Shown piece after piece: positions 1 through 9,227 of a DNA stretch of 64,000 nt (its first letter is position 1; each line of letters opens with the position of its first letter). Made by a program: the position numbers and the translations under genes. Origin of the DNA: Candidatus Heimdallarchaeota archaeon (GTDB lineage: Archaea; Asgardarchaeota; Heimdallarchaeia; Heimdallarchaeales; Heimdallarchaeaceae); the NCBI GenBank assembly GCA_030603365.1, contig JAUVXV010000005.1, positions 152,063 to 216,062 on the forward strand, given 5' to 3'. Below the pieces are notes generated by a model. That model was not told the origin of the DNA. It worked only from the letters and a program-made list of their open reading frames with translations, and searched no databases.

Positions 1-1
1 T

Positions 2-259
2 GATTATGCCATCGGAACAACTGTAGGATATCATTTAATTTTAACATATGAGAATTTTACTTCTATTATCATTCCAGATGCACCAGAATTTCTTGAAATG
101 GAAATTATTGAACCTATAACTGGTTTCTATTTCTTTGATGCTGGAGCAGTTCAACAGCGAACTGAAGAAGCAGGATGTTGTGGAATAATAGGTGCAACTT
201 TAGCAGTGTTATCAACTTCATTGATTGCTAAAAGAAAAAGAAAGAATATCAACGAATAA
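2..259 (+). CDS. 3' part of a secreted, C-terminally anchored protein; tandem paralog of 323..922
   Basis: Frame 2 reads DYAIGTTVGYHLILTYENFTSIIIPDAPEFLEMEIIEPITGFYFFDAGAVQ...LIAKRKRKNINE*, which aligns with GYRIQILYENFTVLTVPN...IEPLNNELMFDAGKVQ of the next gene; hydrophobic segment plus basic tail. Confidence 0.85.
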   Translation, partial: DYAIGTTVGYHLILTYENFTSIIIPDAPEFLEMEIIEPITGFYFFDAGAVQQRTEEAGCCGIIGATLAVLSTSLIAKRKRKNINE

Positions 260-322
260 TCTGTTCTTTAACACATTTTTCTTGATAATATTTTTAATAG
301 GGTTAGTCAACTGTGTATCAGA

Positions 323-922
323 ATGAAACAGAGAATAGGCTATGCTTTTCTAATACTAACAATGTCTCTAATATTCCTTAATTCACAGAGTCTGCCAACA
401 GTAATCGCTAACCCATATGATATCTATAATATTGAACTAGCACCTCAACCCTTAATCTACGGTCAAAATATGTCAGTTAGAATACAATTTGATTGTTTAG
501 CAAATATCAATTCTGCAAAACTCTACATCTATAAGATAACAGAAGATATGATTTGCGCTTGTGATTTCGTTTATGTATCGATGTATGAAATCACCAGCTG
601 GATAGAATGTGCAACTGCTCAAAGATTTGAAGGGAACAGAACAGTAGACTTTCCACTTGGAATGCAGATAGGTTACCGCATACAAATTCTCTATGAAAAT
701 TTTACAGTACTAACCGTACCTAATTCAGTGAATTTTATTGGAATAGATACTATAGAGCCTCTTAATAATGAATTGATGTTTGATGCAGGAAAAGTACAAG
801 AAAGTACCAATGTTGAAAGTACCAATGTAGCAAGTTTCAGCAAATTCATTATCTTAGGTTCAGCTTTACTCATTTCATTTGTTCTTTACAGAAAACGAAG
901 ATCAAGGGTTAAATATGGCTGA
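323..922 (+). CDS. Secreted protein of unknown function with C-terminal TM anchor and basic tail
   Basis: N-terminal signal peptide; S/T linker, TM segment, RKRRSR tail. Confidence 0.8.
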   Translation: MKQRIGYAFLILTMSLIFLNSQSLPTVIANPYDIYNIELAPQPLIYGQNMSVRIQFDCLANINSAKLYIYKITEDMICACDFVYVSMYEITSWIECATAQRFEGNRTVDFPLGMQIGYRIQILYENFTVLTVPNSVNFIGIDTIEPLNNELMFDAGKVQESTNVESTNVASFSKFIILGSALLISFVLYRKRRSRVKYG

Positions 923-1238
923 AAAACGGAGAAAAAGCAAAAGGAAAAAGCTAGTTGAGGGAGAATGTTATTTTTGTAAGCAAGAGCTAAAAAAAGTTGA
1001 TAAAACAGACAAGATTATTCTAGGCTGTTGTAATCTGGTAGCGCATAAACATGAACTGTATAAGTGGTTTCTTCAAAATCAACACTGTCCAAGTTGTCTA
1101 GCTGTCAACAAACAAAAAAGATCAAAACTAGTTCAGTGGGGAATGAATAGAGAAAAACCGAAGAGGGAGCATGTAAAAACAAAGTCTTTAGAATATGGTA
1201 AAGAGAAAAAAAAGAGGTATGAGAAGAAGCTAAGATAG
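915..1238 (+). CDS. Small basic RING-finger-like protein (degenerate)
   Basis: CYFC-x16-CC-x4-H-K-H-E-LYKW-x6-CPSC, with the RING-typical Trp before the final CPxC; likely start ATG 915 (MAEKRRK), overlapping the upstream stop. Confidence 0.6.
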   Translation: MAEKRRKSKRKKLVEGECYFCKQELKKVDKTDKIILGCCNLVAHKHELYKWFLQNQHCPSCLAVNKQKRSKLVQWGMNREKPKREHVKTKSLEYGKEKKKRYEKKLR

Positions 1239-1276
1239 AGAAAAAATTTTTAAGTTCTCCTTCCTAATTTAATGAG

Positions 1277-1765
1277 ATGAAACAACATTCTCTACAATGT
1301 CTTATTCTGATAATAATTACAATTTTTATGTTAAATTCTATCTGTCTGGTTGATTCTTATAGCGAAACCGATGGAATAGAATATGATGATATCATTGATG
1401 TTGCATTCATAAGTTATAGAAATGGGGAATTTGTTATAGAATATACAGCTCAAGGACCAATCAGACTTGAAATAAATACAAATGCAGTGAATGAATATTT
1501 TGTAAATGAGGTTTTAGGAATGAAAATTGGGGAAGTGAAACCTTATATTACTTGGAATGTTGGTGCAGATTTAATTGAATATTTTAACACTACAATAGTC
1601 AATTTAGTAAAAGATTCCACACCAGAAACATCGACACCTTCACCTACTGAAACATCGACATTTTCATCTATTAAAACAATTGATTTCTTCTGGGGTATCA
1701 TCGTTGTTAATTTTATATCTATCTCACTTCTGAAAAGAAAGAAGAATAGAAGAATACTTAGGTGA
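1277..1765 (+). CDS. Secreted, membrane-anchored FKBP-like (PPIase-fold) protein
   Basis: Signal peptide; GIEYDDIIDVAF...GPIRLEI...FVNEVLGMKIGEVK resembles the FKBP core GMKxGE motif; T/P linker, TM, basic tail. Confidence 0.55.
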   Translation: MKQHSLQCLILIIITIFMLNSICLVDSYSETDGIEYDDIIDVAFISYRNGEFVIEYTAQGPIRLEINTNAVNEYFVNEVLGMKIGEVKPYITWNVGADLIEYFNTTIVNLVKDSTPETSTPSPTETSTFSSIKTIDFFWGIIVVNFISISLLKRKKNRRILR

Positions 1766-1843
1766 TAATTCACATCAACAAGATTTATAATAAAACAACA
1801 AATTCTCACTTCTTAATCAGAAATTGTAGATGGTTTTAGGAAA

Positions 1844-2812
1844 ATGATTGATGAGAAGAAAATGTTTTCACATAGTCAAGAGGAAACTGAAATCATAGGT
1901 GAAATGCTCAAGAAAGGCAGAAGAGATGTACTAACTTTTCTTGAAGATGGAGCTTGTGAAATTCTTTATGTTTCAATTGACGATGGTGAGTTGAGAGTAT
2001 TTCATCATAAACCTGAGAAAAACGAAACTTCACGACCAATAGTTTTTCTTCCAGGATTTGTTGCTGCTCCTACAACCTGGGTAGATTTTCATGTCCCTCA
2101 TCATGGTATAGGTGAATACTACTATCTAGAAACCAGAGAAAAGAGATCAAGTAGAATCAATAAAACTCGAAAAACTCTAATGACTATAAACAGAACAGCT
2201 GTAGATCTAGGAGTAGCTCTCAAAGAGCTAGGTTTAGAAGAAAAAGACTATGTTTTAGCAGGTTCAAGTTATGGCTCAACAATAATCCTTGAAGCATTAA
2301 TTCATAGATATATTGACCCTCCAACAGTAGTTGTTCATGATCCAATTATCAAATGGATATGGGATAAATCTCTCAATAATATTCTACTTAGAATAGTCCC
2401 CAAATTCATTCTATCTTTCATGAGAATTCTAATTGCTCATGTCTTCACCTTAGGTATGAGGAATAAAGAACAAAGAGAAAGGATGATAGAATTCACAAAG
2501 GGGCTTGAACCATGGAAGTTTAAAAGAGCAACTCTTCAAAATAATAAATTCAATATCTTTGAGAATTTAAAAAATATCAAGAAAGAAGTCTTCATTACAA
2601 CAGGACCCTTAGATAGATACCATCCAAGAATTGCTTATTACAATTACGCTAAGGAGATTCCTAATGGAAGATTCATTTTTATGGACACAGATAACGAGGA
2701 AAGGCAATTACTAGCGGGAATAATTGGAACTGAATTTGCTAAGATAACAAAAGATGCAGACATACCAGAATCAATTAAGCAATTTGAAATTAAACTTGAA
2801 AGAGAAAATTAA
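1844..2812 (+). CDS. Alpha/beta hydrolase
   Basis: IVFLPGF oxyanion segment and GSSYG nucleophile elbow. Confidence 0.8.
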   Translation: MIDEKKMFSHSQEETEIIGEMLKKGRRDVLTFLEDGACEILYVSIDDGELRVFHHKPEKNETSRPIVFLPGFVAAPTTWVDFHVPHHGIGEYYYLETREKRSSRINKTRKTLMTINRTAVDLGVALKELGLEEKDYVLAGSSYGSTIILEALIHRYIDPPTVVVHDPIIKWIWDKSLNNILLRIVPKFILSFMRILIAHVFTLGMRNKEQRERMIEFTKGLEPWKFKRATLQNNKFNIFENLKNIKKEVFITTGPLDRYHPRIAYYNYAKEIPNGRFIFMDTDNEERQLLAGIIGTEFAKITKDADIPESIKQFEIKLEREN

Positions 2813-2882
2813 AGATGAGAGACACAAATGGAATTTTTGTAATTCGATAATATTAAAATATCAAAGGGTTGAAAATGAATTC

Positions 2883-3698
2883 ATGTTTCAGAGAAAAACA
2901 TACTTGATTCTTCTAATACTTAGTCTTCCAATTCTAATAATTATATCTGAACAAAGGTTTTCAGATGTTGTAGGAAGTACAAACGACAATTCTGAGACAT
3001 CCTTAATCCAGGCAACAGCATCAGATTTCACCGTTCAAGATGTTGGGTCAGGAAAAACATACTCGCTTAGCGATTTTCGTGGAACTGTAGTTGTTCTAGA
3101 TTTATTCGCTACATGGTGTCCTCCATGTCAGCTCTCTATCCCCTTTTTACGGGAGCTATACTCTCAATATACTCAAAGTGAACTTAGAATTATATCTGTA
3201 GATGTTGATAGTTCAGAATCTCAATCTACTGTCTCCCAATTCCGTCAAGAAGAAAATATGGACTGGATAGTAAGCCTAGATTCAGGAGGTTCAATAAACA
3301 GTGTTTACGGTTCTGGTTCAATACCTACTTTTTATATCATTGACCAAGAAGGTTCAATCATTTGGTCAGACTCTGGTTTTTCAAATGAAGAAACAAAACC
3401 CAAAATGCAAACTACAATTGAAACATTATTAGCTGATGGTTCTGATTCAATCAATCCTGGATCAACCGAAACACCAAGAGGACTAATAATCTTCGCTGAA
3501 GTTACAGGGGGTCTAGCAATAGCAGTTGCAGTAATTTTTGGATATTATAAGATAAAAAATCGAATAAAAACTAAGATGTGTCCTACATGTAGCAATGTTG
3601 CTAGTTCAAAATGTTCAAAATGTGGGATATTTACTTGTGCAAATTGTTCAACAAAAGGTTGTAAAAACTGTGGAAGTAGACAATTTATTAGATTATGA
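2883..3698 (+). CDS. TlpA/ResA-like thioredoxin-fold protein with TM helix and C-terminal 8-Cys Zn finger
   Basis: Probable start MFQRK at 2883 followed by a signal/anchor; FATWCPPC active site, IPTFYIID cis-Pro motif; TM segment then four CxxC pairs. Confidence 0.85.
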   Translation: MFQRKTYLILLILSLPILIIISEQRFSDVVGSTNDNSETSLIQATASDFTVQDVGSGKTYSLSDFRGTVVVLDLFATWCPPCQLSIPFLRELYSQYTQSELRIISVDVDSSESQSTVSQFRQEENMDWIVSLDSGGSINSVYGSGSIPTFYIIDQEGSIIWSDSGFSNEETKPKMQTTIETLLADGSDSINPGSTETPRGLIIFAEVTGGLAIAVAVIFGYYKIKNRIKTKMCPTCSNVASSKCSKCGIFTCANCSTKGCKNCGSRQFIRL

Positions 3699-3780
3699 TA
3701 TTCGCATATATTCAAGTTACACCTATCTTAATATGGTTTAATCCAAAATACTTTAAGTTGTAGAATATCTCATATAATCA

Positions 3781-5019
3781 ATGTCTTATGCAAAGGAAAC
3801 AAGAAGATCTATCCTAGTGGTTATTGCAGTAGTCAGTTTGCTTATCGTGCTAAAATTAGTTTTTGGAATAATCTCCAAATCTTCTGCTTTAATCTCAGAT
3901 GCTGTTCATTCTACTACTGATCTGATTGTGGCTTTAGCTTCATTAATAGGGTTGTATTTTGCTAATAGACCTCCTACTAAAAAATTTAGTTATGGTTATT
4001 ATAAAGTAGAAAATCTTACAACTTTATTAATCTCAATTGTTATTCTTGGTTCCTCTGGAGAGTTAATATATGAAGGAATAAAGCGATTATTTGAAACACC
4101 AGTTTTAGTAATACCTTATGTTGCTATGGGTGTAGCTCTCTTTTCTTCATTAAGTTCTTTGATTCTAGGATATTATTTGAGGAAAGTTGCTAAAAAAACT
4201 AAATCTACAACTATTGAAGCAAATGCTAAAGATAAACTATTAGACACACTGACTTCTCTGATTGTGTTTTCTTCGATATTAGCTAGCTTCTTTGAGGTGA
4301 AGTATTTCGAAGGAATCGTAACAATTGTTATCTCACTTATGGCAATAAAAATAGGTATAGAAATTGGTAAGGAATCTCTCTTCTCTTTGCTGGATAAAAG
4401 TGATGTGAAATTAGAACAAGAGGTTGGAGAGATGATAAATAAGACCGCTGGGGTTATAAATTTCGCTAGATTAAGAATAAGAAAATCAGGCTCTTACTAT
4501 CTGGGAGATTGTGAAATAAGAGTACAAAAAGAATTAAGTATTGATGAAGCACACGAAATCTCTGAAAAAGTTAAAGCTAAGATATTAACAGAAGATTTGA
4601 ACATCATTACTTTTGTAGTCCATGTTGAACCAGAACAAAGGGAAGAGAGAAGAATTATTTTACCAGTATTTGAAAATCAAGGATTAGAATCCGTTGTCTT
4701 CAAGCAATTTGGTCGTGCTCCTAAATTACTATTGGTAAATGTAAATATACAAAGTAAAAGTATTGGATTAATTGAAGAGATTAAGAATCCATTCTTGAAA
4801 CAAGAATCTCATGCAGGATTAGCTTTTACAAAATTAGTGCTAAAGAAAGATATTAACACACTAATTACAAAAGAAATAGGAGAGATAACTTTCTATAAAT
4901 TAAAAGGGGAGCATATAGAAGTGTATAGAGCAGATTGTGATAATATTAAAGATTGCTTAGAAAAATTGTTTCATAATAAACTAGAAACTATACAAACGCC
5001 CACTAAAGAAAAAATATAG
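3781..5019 (+). CDS. Cation diffusion facilitator fused to a C-terminal NifB/NifX (FeMo-co binding-like) domain
   Basis: SDAVHSTTD, YGYYKVE and VHVEP CDF motifs; C-terminal FGRAP...NP...HAG pattern. Confidence 0.85.
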   Translation: MSYAKETRRSILVVIAVVSLLIVLKLVFGIISKSSALISDAVHSTTDLIVALASLIGLYFANRPPTKKFSYGYYKVENLTTLLISIVILGSSGELIYEGIKRLFETPVLVIPYVAMGVALFSSLSSLILGYYLRKVAKKTKSTTIEANAKDKLLDTLTSLIVFSSILASFFEVKYFEGIVTIVISLMAIKIGIEIGKESLFSLLDKSDVKLEQEVGEMINKTAGVINFARLRIRKSGSYYLGDCEIRVQKELSIDEAHEISEKVKAKILTEDLNIITFVVHVEPEQREERRIILPVFENQGLESVVFKQFGRAPKLLLVNVNIQSKSIGLIEEIKNPFLKQESHAGLAFTKLVLKKDINTLITKEIGEITFYKLKGEHIEVYRADCDNIKDCLEKLFHNKLETIQTPTKEKI

Positions 5020-5279
5020 CATAATCATCTCTAAATTACTCATAGAGTATATCTAATATCGAAATTCGTAAGGATTACTTTCTAATGCCTGTCAGATAAG
5101 AATATTGCAGTTCTAGGAGAGGTATGGTTGATAAAAGAACTTCTTTATATGAAGAATAGAATTTAAAAACTCTTTTGAATAAGAATATGTATTGTAAAAA
5201 GAATCTTCTTATAGAAAAGGAAGAACTAGTATTAAATATTATATGATTGAAATGAAAAATATAAATAGAGGTAACAGCT

Positions 5280-6962
5280 TTGTCTGAAACTATTCAAAAG
5301 CAATTATTGAGAATTGAGAAATTAATAGTTACGGGGGATTATCAAAAGGGATTAGAATTAATAGAAGAAAATCTCAAAGGATATGAAATTGATGAAGATA
5401 ACCAACTTCGATTATTAAACTTCAAGGGTCACATTCAGAATAAGTTAGGAAATTATAAAGATGCTTTTGAGATAGCAGAAAATATTTTGAAAAGAAAGCA
5501 AGAAGATAAAAATTCGTTAATATATCTAGATGCGCTTAGTTTGAAAGCATTTACATCTTTTATACTTAATAAGGTAAAACAATCGTTTCTACTAATTGAA
5601 GAGTGCTTTCAATTAATAACCAAAATCTCTAATGTTGATAAAAAGGAGTTAACTAAAAGAAAAAGCTATGTTTATGGTATAAAGGGGACCCAAGCTGGAT
5701 CTTTAGGGGATTATACAGAAGGAATAGAGAATTTACAATTAGCAATCAAATATGCAAAAGAAGTTGATTATAAAGATCGAGAAGCATTTTATTCTTCTCA
5801 ACTAGCAATGACACTTTTCTATCAAAACAAACTGGAAGAAGCTGAAGAAATACTTGAAAAAGCACTAGAATTAGCTCAATCAATCAATAATAAGCACGAA
5901 ATAGCTTTTGCTTATAATAGATATGGCGTATTAAAATCAGCAAGATTCAATCATAATGATGCTCTCGAATATTACTTTAAATCTGAATCTCTCCTAAAAG
6001 AACTTGGTTCAACATTTCTTTTCTCAGTGTTATATGTTAATATAGCAGACGTGTACTTGAGTAGATATCAGCTTGATGAAGCTTTAGAGTACGCTAAGAA
6101 AGCATTGGAATTTGGTTTTTTAGAGTATCTAATGTATGGAATTATTGGAGAAATCTACCTCTGGAAAAATGAATTTGAGAAAGCAGAAGAAAATCTGCTA
6201 AAAGCAATGAAATTATGTGTCAAAGCAGCTGATACTCGAGTTATTCCAAAAATGTTGTATAATCTAGTTATTTTAGCAGTTGAAAGGAAAGAAGAAACAA
6301 AGGCACAAGATTATTTGAAACAACTTGAGGATTTAGCTAAGAAGAGAGAATATGAATATTTAGAAGGTTACTATTATTTTGCTCTAACTATTTATTATAA
6401 ATCAAGTTCAGATATAGATGACTGGGGAAAAGCAAAAAGAATATTGAAAGAACTTTTAAAAGATAAGAAATTACCTGATTACTTAAGGACTGATGCTCTC
6501 TTTAGTTTACTTGAAATTCGATTAATGGAATTACAAATTACTGCAAGTAAAGAAACATTAGAACAAGTTCTTCAACAGATTTTAGAACTGCAGAATGAAG
6601 CGGAAGATAAACGTCTTTATTGGGTTCTTGTAGAACTCTATTACTTAAGATCTCAGGTTGCTTTACTTGAATTAAATGTAAAAAAATCATTAGAGTTATT
6701 AACTACTGCTAGTATAATAGCTGAAGATAAAGGTCTCAAATTTCTAATGCAGAAAATAGAAAAAGAACGGAAGAAAGTTGAAAGTCAGATTGAAATGTGG
6801 AATAGGTTCCAAGAACAAAATACGCCCTTAACAGAAACATTGAAGGAAATTCAATTGGAAAACACAAGAAAAGATATAGTAAGAGAAACAATAATGGAAG
6901 TAAGGGACAAAAATACAGGTGAAATTAAAGAATATCGGAAATTATTTTCTATTAAGATATAA
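5280..6962 (+). CDS. Tetratricopeptide-repeat protein
   Basis: Repeated helical TPR patterns (A..Y..KAL.L, G..Y...A). Confidence 0.8.
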   Translation: MSETIQKQLLRIEKLIVTGDYQKGLELIEENLKGYEIDEDNQLRLLNFKGHIQNKLGNYKDAFEIAENILKRKQEDKNSLIYLDALSLKAFTSFILNKVKQSFLLIEECFQLITKISNVDKKELTKRKSYVYGIKGTQAGSLGDYTEGIENLQLAIKYAKEVDYKDREAFYSSQLAMTLFYQNKLEEAEEILEKALELAQSINNKHEIAFAYNRYGVLKSARFNHNDALEYYFKSESLLKELGSTFLFSVLYVNIADVYLSRYQLDEALEYAKKALEFGFLEYLMYGIIGEIYLWKNEFEKAEENLLKAMKLCVKAADTRVIPKMLYNLVILAVERKEETKAQDYLKQLEDLAKKREYEYLEGYYYFALTIYYKSSSDIDDWGKAKRILKELLKDKKLPDYLRTDALFSLLEIRLMELQITASKETLEQVLQQILELQNEAEDKRLYWVLVELYYLRSQVALLELNVKKSLELLTTASIIAEDKGLKFLMQKIEKERKKVESQIEMWNRFQEQNTPLTETLKEIQLENTRKDIVRETIMEVRDKNTGEIKEYRKLFSIKI

Positions 6963-6972
6963 CAAAGTGGGC

Positions 6973-7015
6973 GAGCTAAAAGTCTATTAGCTCCTATAAT
7001 AAGAAGAAAAAAAAG
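6973..7015. terminator. Short hairpin and A/T run between convergent genes
   Basis: GAGCTAA-N7-TTAGCTC inverted repeat next to an A-rich run (T-rich on the minus strand). Confidence 0.35.
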
Positions 7016-7018
7016 ATG

Positions 7019-7059
7019 AGAGTTTGATTACTCTTTCTTTAATAATTATTAAACAACTT
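7019..7059. repeat. 41-bp direct repeat, copy 1
   Basis: AGAGTTTGATTACTCTTTCTTTAATAATTATTAAACAACTT; 38/41 identical to 9228..9268. Confidence 0.85.
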
Positions 7060-8002
7060 CTTCATTATCTGACACTCGTTCTTTAATTATCTTTAATTCT
7101 GCAAGAATTTCAGAATAGAGATTGCGAATTGGTAAAGGTGAATTTGAAATAAATGAATGTTCTTTTAGATATCTAGGCGGATCAAGTAATCGAACAAGAT
7201 TTAGTATCTCTTCCAGTAATTTGTGCGGATAATATATTCCAACAATCTTGCCCTCTGGATTATTAGATTTACTTTCCCCTGCTGTTTGGATTAATATAGT
7301 TGATATTCCAAAAAATCTATCTAGCGGACCTCGTTTAATTAGAAGATTGGTAATTGTCCTAAAAGGAATTATTGTTTTTGTTCTGGTAATAACACCTCTT
7401 CTGATAACGAACTCGGTATCAAGAATTTCATATTCCAGTATTTTAAAATAATAATGCATTAAAATGATTGAAAGTACAGCTATAGTTCCGAAGATTACCA
7501 AACCAAGACCAATGAAAATCAAAATTCTATTTACTGCACTCAATTGAGAGAATAATAGTGAATTAAGTGTTTTTGAAAAACCGAACAGAAATGACCATAT
7601 GATCATTATTGTAACAAAAACTCCTATTATAGAGATGAACCACTTCTTTTTTGTTTCCTCTGCTGGATGAATTTTCTTTATCGACAAGTTTTCAAATAAT
7701 GATTTTAACTCAATTACTTCTTGTTTATCATCTTTCAATGATTGAATCTGTTTGAGTAGATCTATTGACTTCTTCCCGATTGATGTTAATCTATATGCTT
7801 TTTCGTCTTTCTTGTCAATTAAACCAGTTAATTGTCTAAGATGAAAATTAAGTTTACCAGTTGATAATTTCAATTCTCGTAATAAATCTGAGTAGGTTAG
7901 AAAAGAATAATCCTCTATAAGGTACAATATCTTTCTTCTAATCTCATTTGTGATTGCTTTTAATATCCATTCTGATTCAAAAGCAAGTTCTGGAATTATC
8001 AT
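7049..8002 (-). CDS. Membrane-bound winged-helix (ArsR-like) regulator fused to 2 TM and a bacterial PH (bPH_2) domain
   Basis: N-terminal RRKIL...YSDLLRELKLSTGKLNFHLRQL...YRLT; two TM; RRGVITRTKTIIPFRTITNL..RGPLDRFFGISTILIQTAG. Confidence 0.8.
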   Translation of the reverse strand: MIIPELAFESEWILKAITNEIRRKILYLIEDYSFLTYSDLLRELKLSTGKLNFHLRQLTGLIDKKDEKAYRLTSIGKKSIDLLKQIQSLKDDKQEVIELKSLFENLSIKKIHPAEETKKKWFISIIGVFVTIMIIWSFLFGFSKTLNSLLFSQLSAVNRILIFIGLGLVIFGTIAVLSIILMHYYFKILEYEILDTEFVIRRGVITRTKTIIPFRTITNLLIKRGPLDRFFGISTILIQTAGESKSNNPEGKIVGIYYPHKLLEEILNLVRLLDPPRYLKEHSFISNSPLPIRNLYSEILAELKIIKERVSDNEEVV

Positions 8003-8164
8003 TTAGATTCTCCTTGATAAAATGATTATTCAGCAAGTATTAAGATTTGCGTTAACATTTTCTTCACAACATAACATTAGTTTCAAGCCTTATGAATTGT
8101 TTTGACAAGTTTTCTTTTCAAAATTGTTTATAATTATTCAAGTATAAGTTAGCTCGGTGTCAAA

Positions 8165-8836
8165 ATGAATGATGAAAGTCTTAATCTGACAAAAATAGGC
8201 AAGCACAAAATAATTGAACAGTTCACACCAGATAATTCAAAATTGTTTACAATATGGGTTGTGGAGTTAATGTTGGCCTATATTTTAATTACAGGATTAG
8301 CTGCTCTGTCAATCTTTATAGCTAGCTTAAGTGGAGATATCTCAATATCCTTGAGTAGTCTATATACGTTGATCTATCCTTGGTTCTTAGGTTTCTCAAT
8401 ACCACTAGCTGCATTAGCAGTAGCATTTACGTTCGTATATATACGACAGATAAAATATTCTCTAACTACTCATGAAATTATTGTTGAAAAAGGAATCATA
8501 ACAAAAAGTCGTAAAGTTGTTCCTTATCGCAATATAACTAATTTCAATCAAAGAAGAGGACCTTTTGATCGTTGGATTGGAGGACCTTCTTTTGGAACTA
8601 TTGGAATTGAAACAGCAGGTATGAGTGGTGGTTCGAGTCAAAAATCACGTCCAGAACAGAAATTAGTAGGTATTAATGATACAAACGAATATACAGAAAA
8701 GATTCGTAACATACTATCAAAAATGAGAGGTCAAGCAGCTGTAACTGCTGACTCTGAAACAGCTCCAATGCTCAATGAAGAAGAATTGTTAAAAGAGATG
8801 CTGTTAACACTGAAAGAAATAGCTAAAAAGATTTAG
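8165..8836 (+). CDS. 2-TM membrane protein with bacterial PH (bPH_2, YdbS-like) domain
   Basis: KGIITKSRKVVPYRNITNF..RGPFDR..G...IGIETAG. Confidence 0.8.
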   Translation: MNDESLNLTKIGKHKIIEQFTPDNSKLFTIWVVELMLAYILITGLAALSIFIASLSGDISISLSSLYTLIYPWFLGFSIPLAALAVAFTFVYIRQIKYSLTTHEIIVEKGIITKSRKVVPYRNITNFNQRRGPFDRWIGGPSFGTIGIETAGMSGGSSQKSRPEQKLVGINDTNEYTEKIRNILSKMRGQAAVTADSETAPMLNEEELLKEMLLTLKEIAKKI

Positions 8837-8871
8837 CTACTTCAAAATTTTTTTCATTCTTAGGTCTACTT

Positions 8872-9123
8872 ATGAGTATATCTAGGTCTCATATTGATTA
8901 TCTATATTTTCCAAAACTTCTTGAGAATAAGAGAAAAGATGAGTATAAGAAAGTAATTGAGAAAGTAGATGAATGGTTGAAGATAGAAGAAAATGCAATA
9001 TTCTTCGAGTTTATTCTAGAGTTTAAGATGAGGATAAATAGAAGCATTGGTATCTAGTATCAAGAAGTAGAAGAAGAAAAGAGTTATCTTAATCTATGCC
9101 AAACTTTCTTTGAATATTTTTAG
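8872..9123 (+). pseudogene. Probable decayed fragment of a helical protein
   Basis: 61-aa ORF; the frame stays coding-like past TAG 9055 (YQEVEEEKSYLNLCQTFFEYF*). Confidence 0.3.
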
Positions 9124-9227
9124 TTTGTATAAATCGATTAATAAGAGACCACTTCGTGAACTTCGAAAAATAAAAAAATGGATAAAAACTAAATGATCTA
9201 ATAAACAAAAAAGAAGAAAAGAAGAAA

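Noticed and set aside
2754-2882. N-terminal extensions in the ORF track (also 879..914 and 54581..54703)
   Set aside because: They overlap upstream genes; downstream ATGs give a proper signal peptide or operon spacing
5085-5160. Possible decayed small-GTPase P-loop (KNIAVLGE/GMVDKRTSL)
   Set aside because: Needs several indels over a very short match; could be chance
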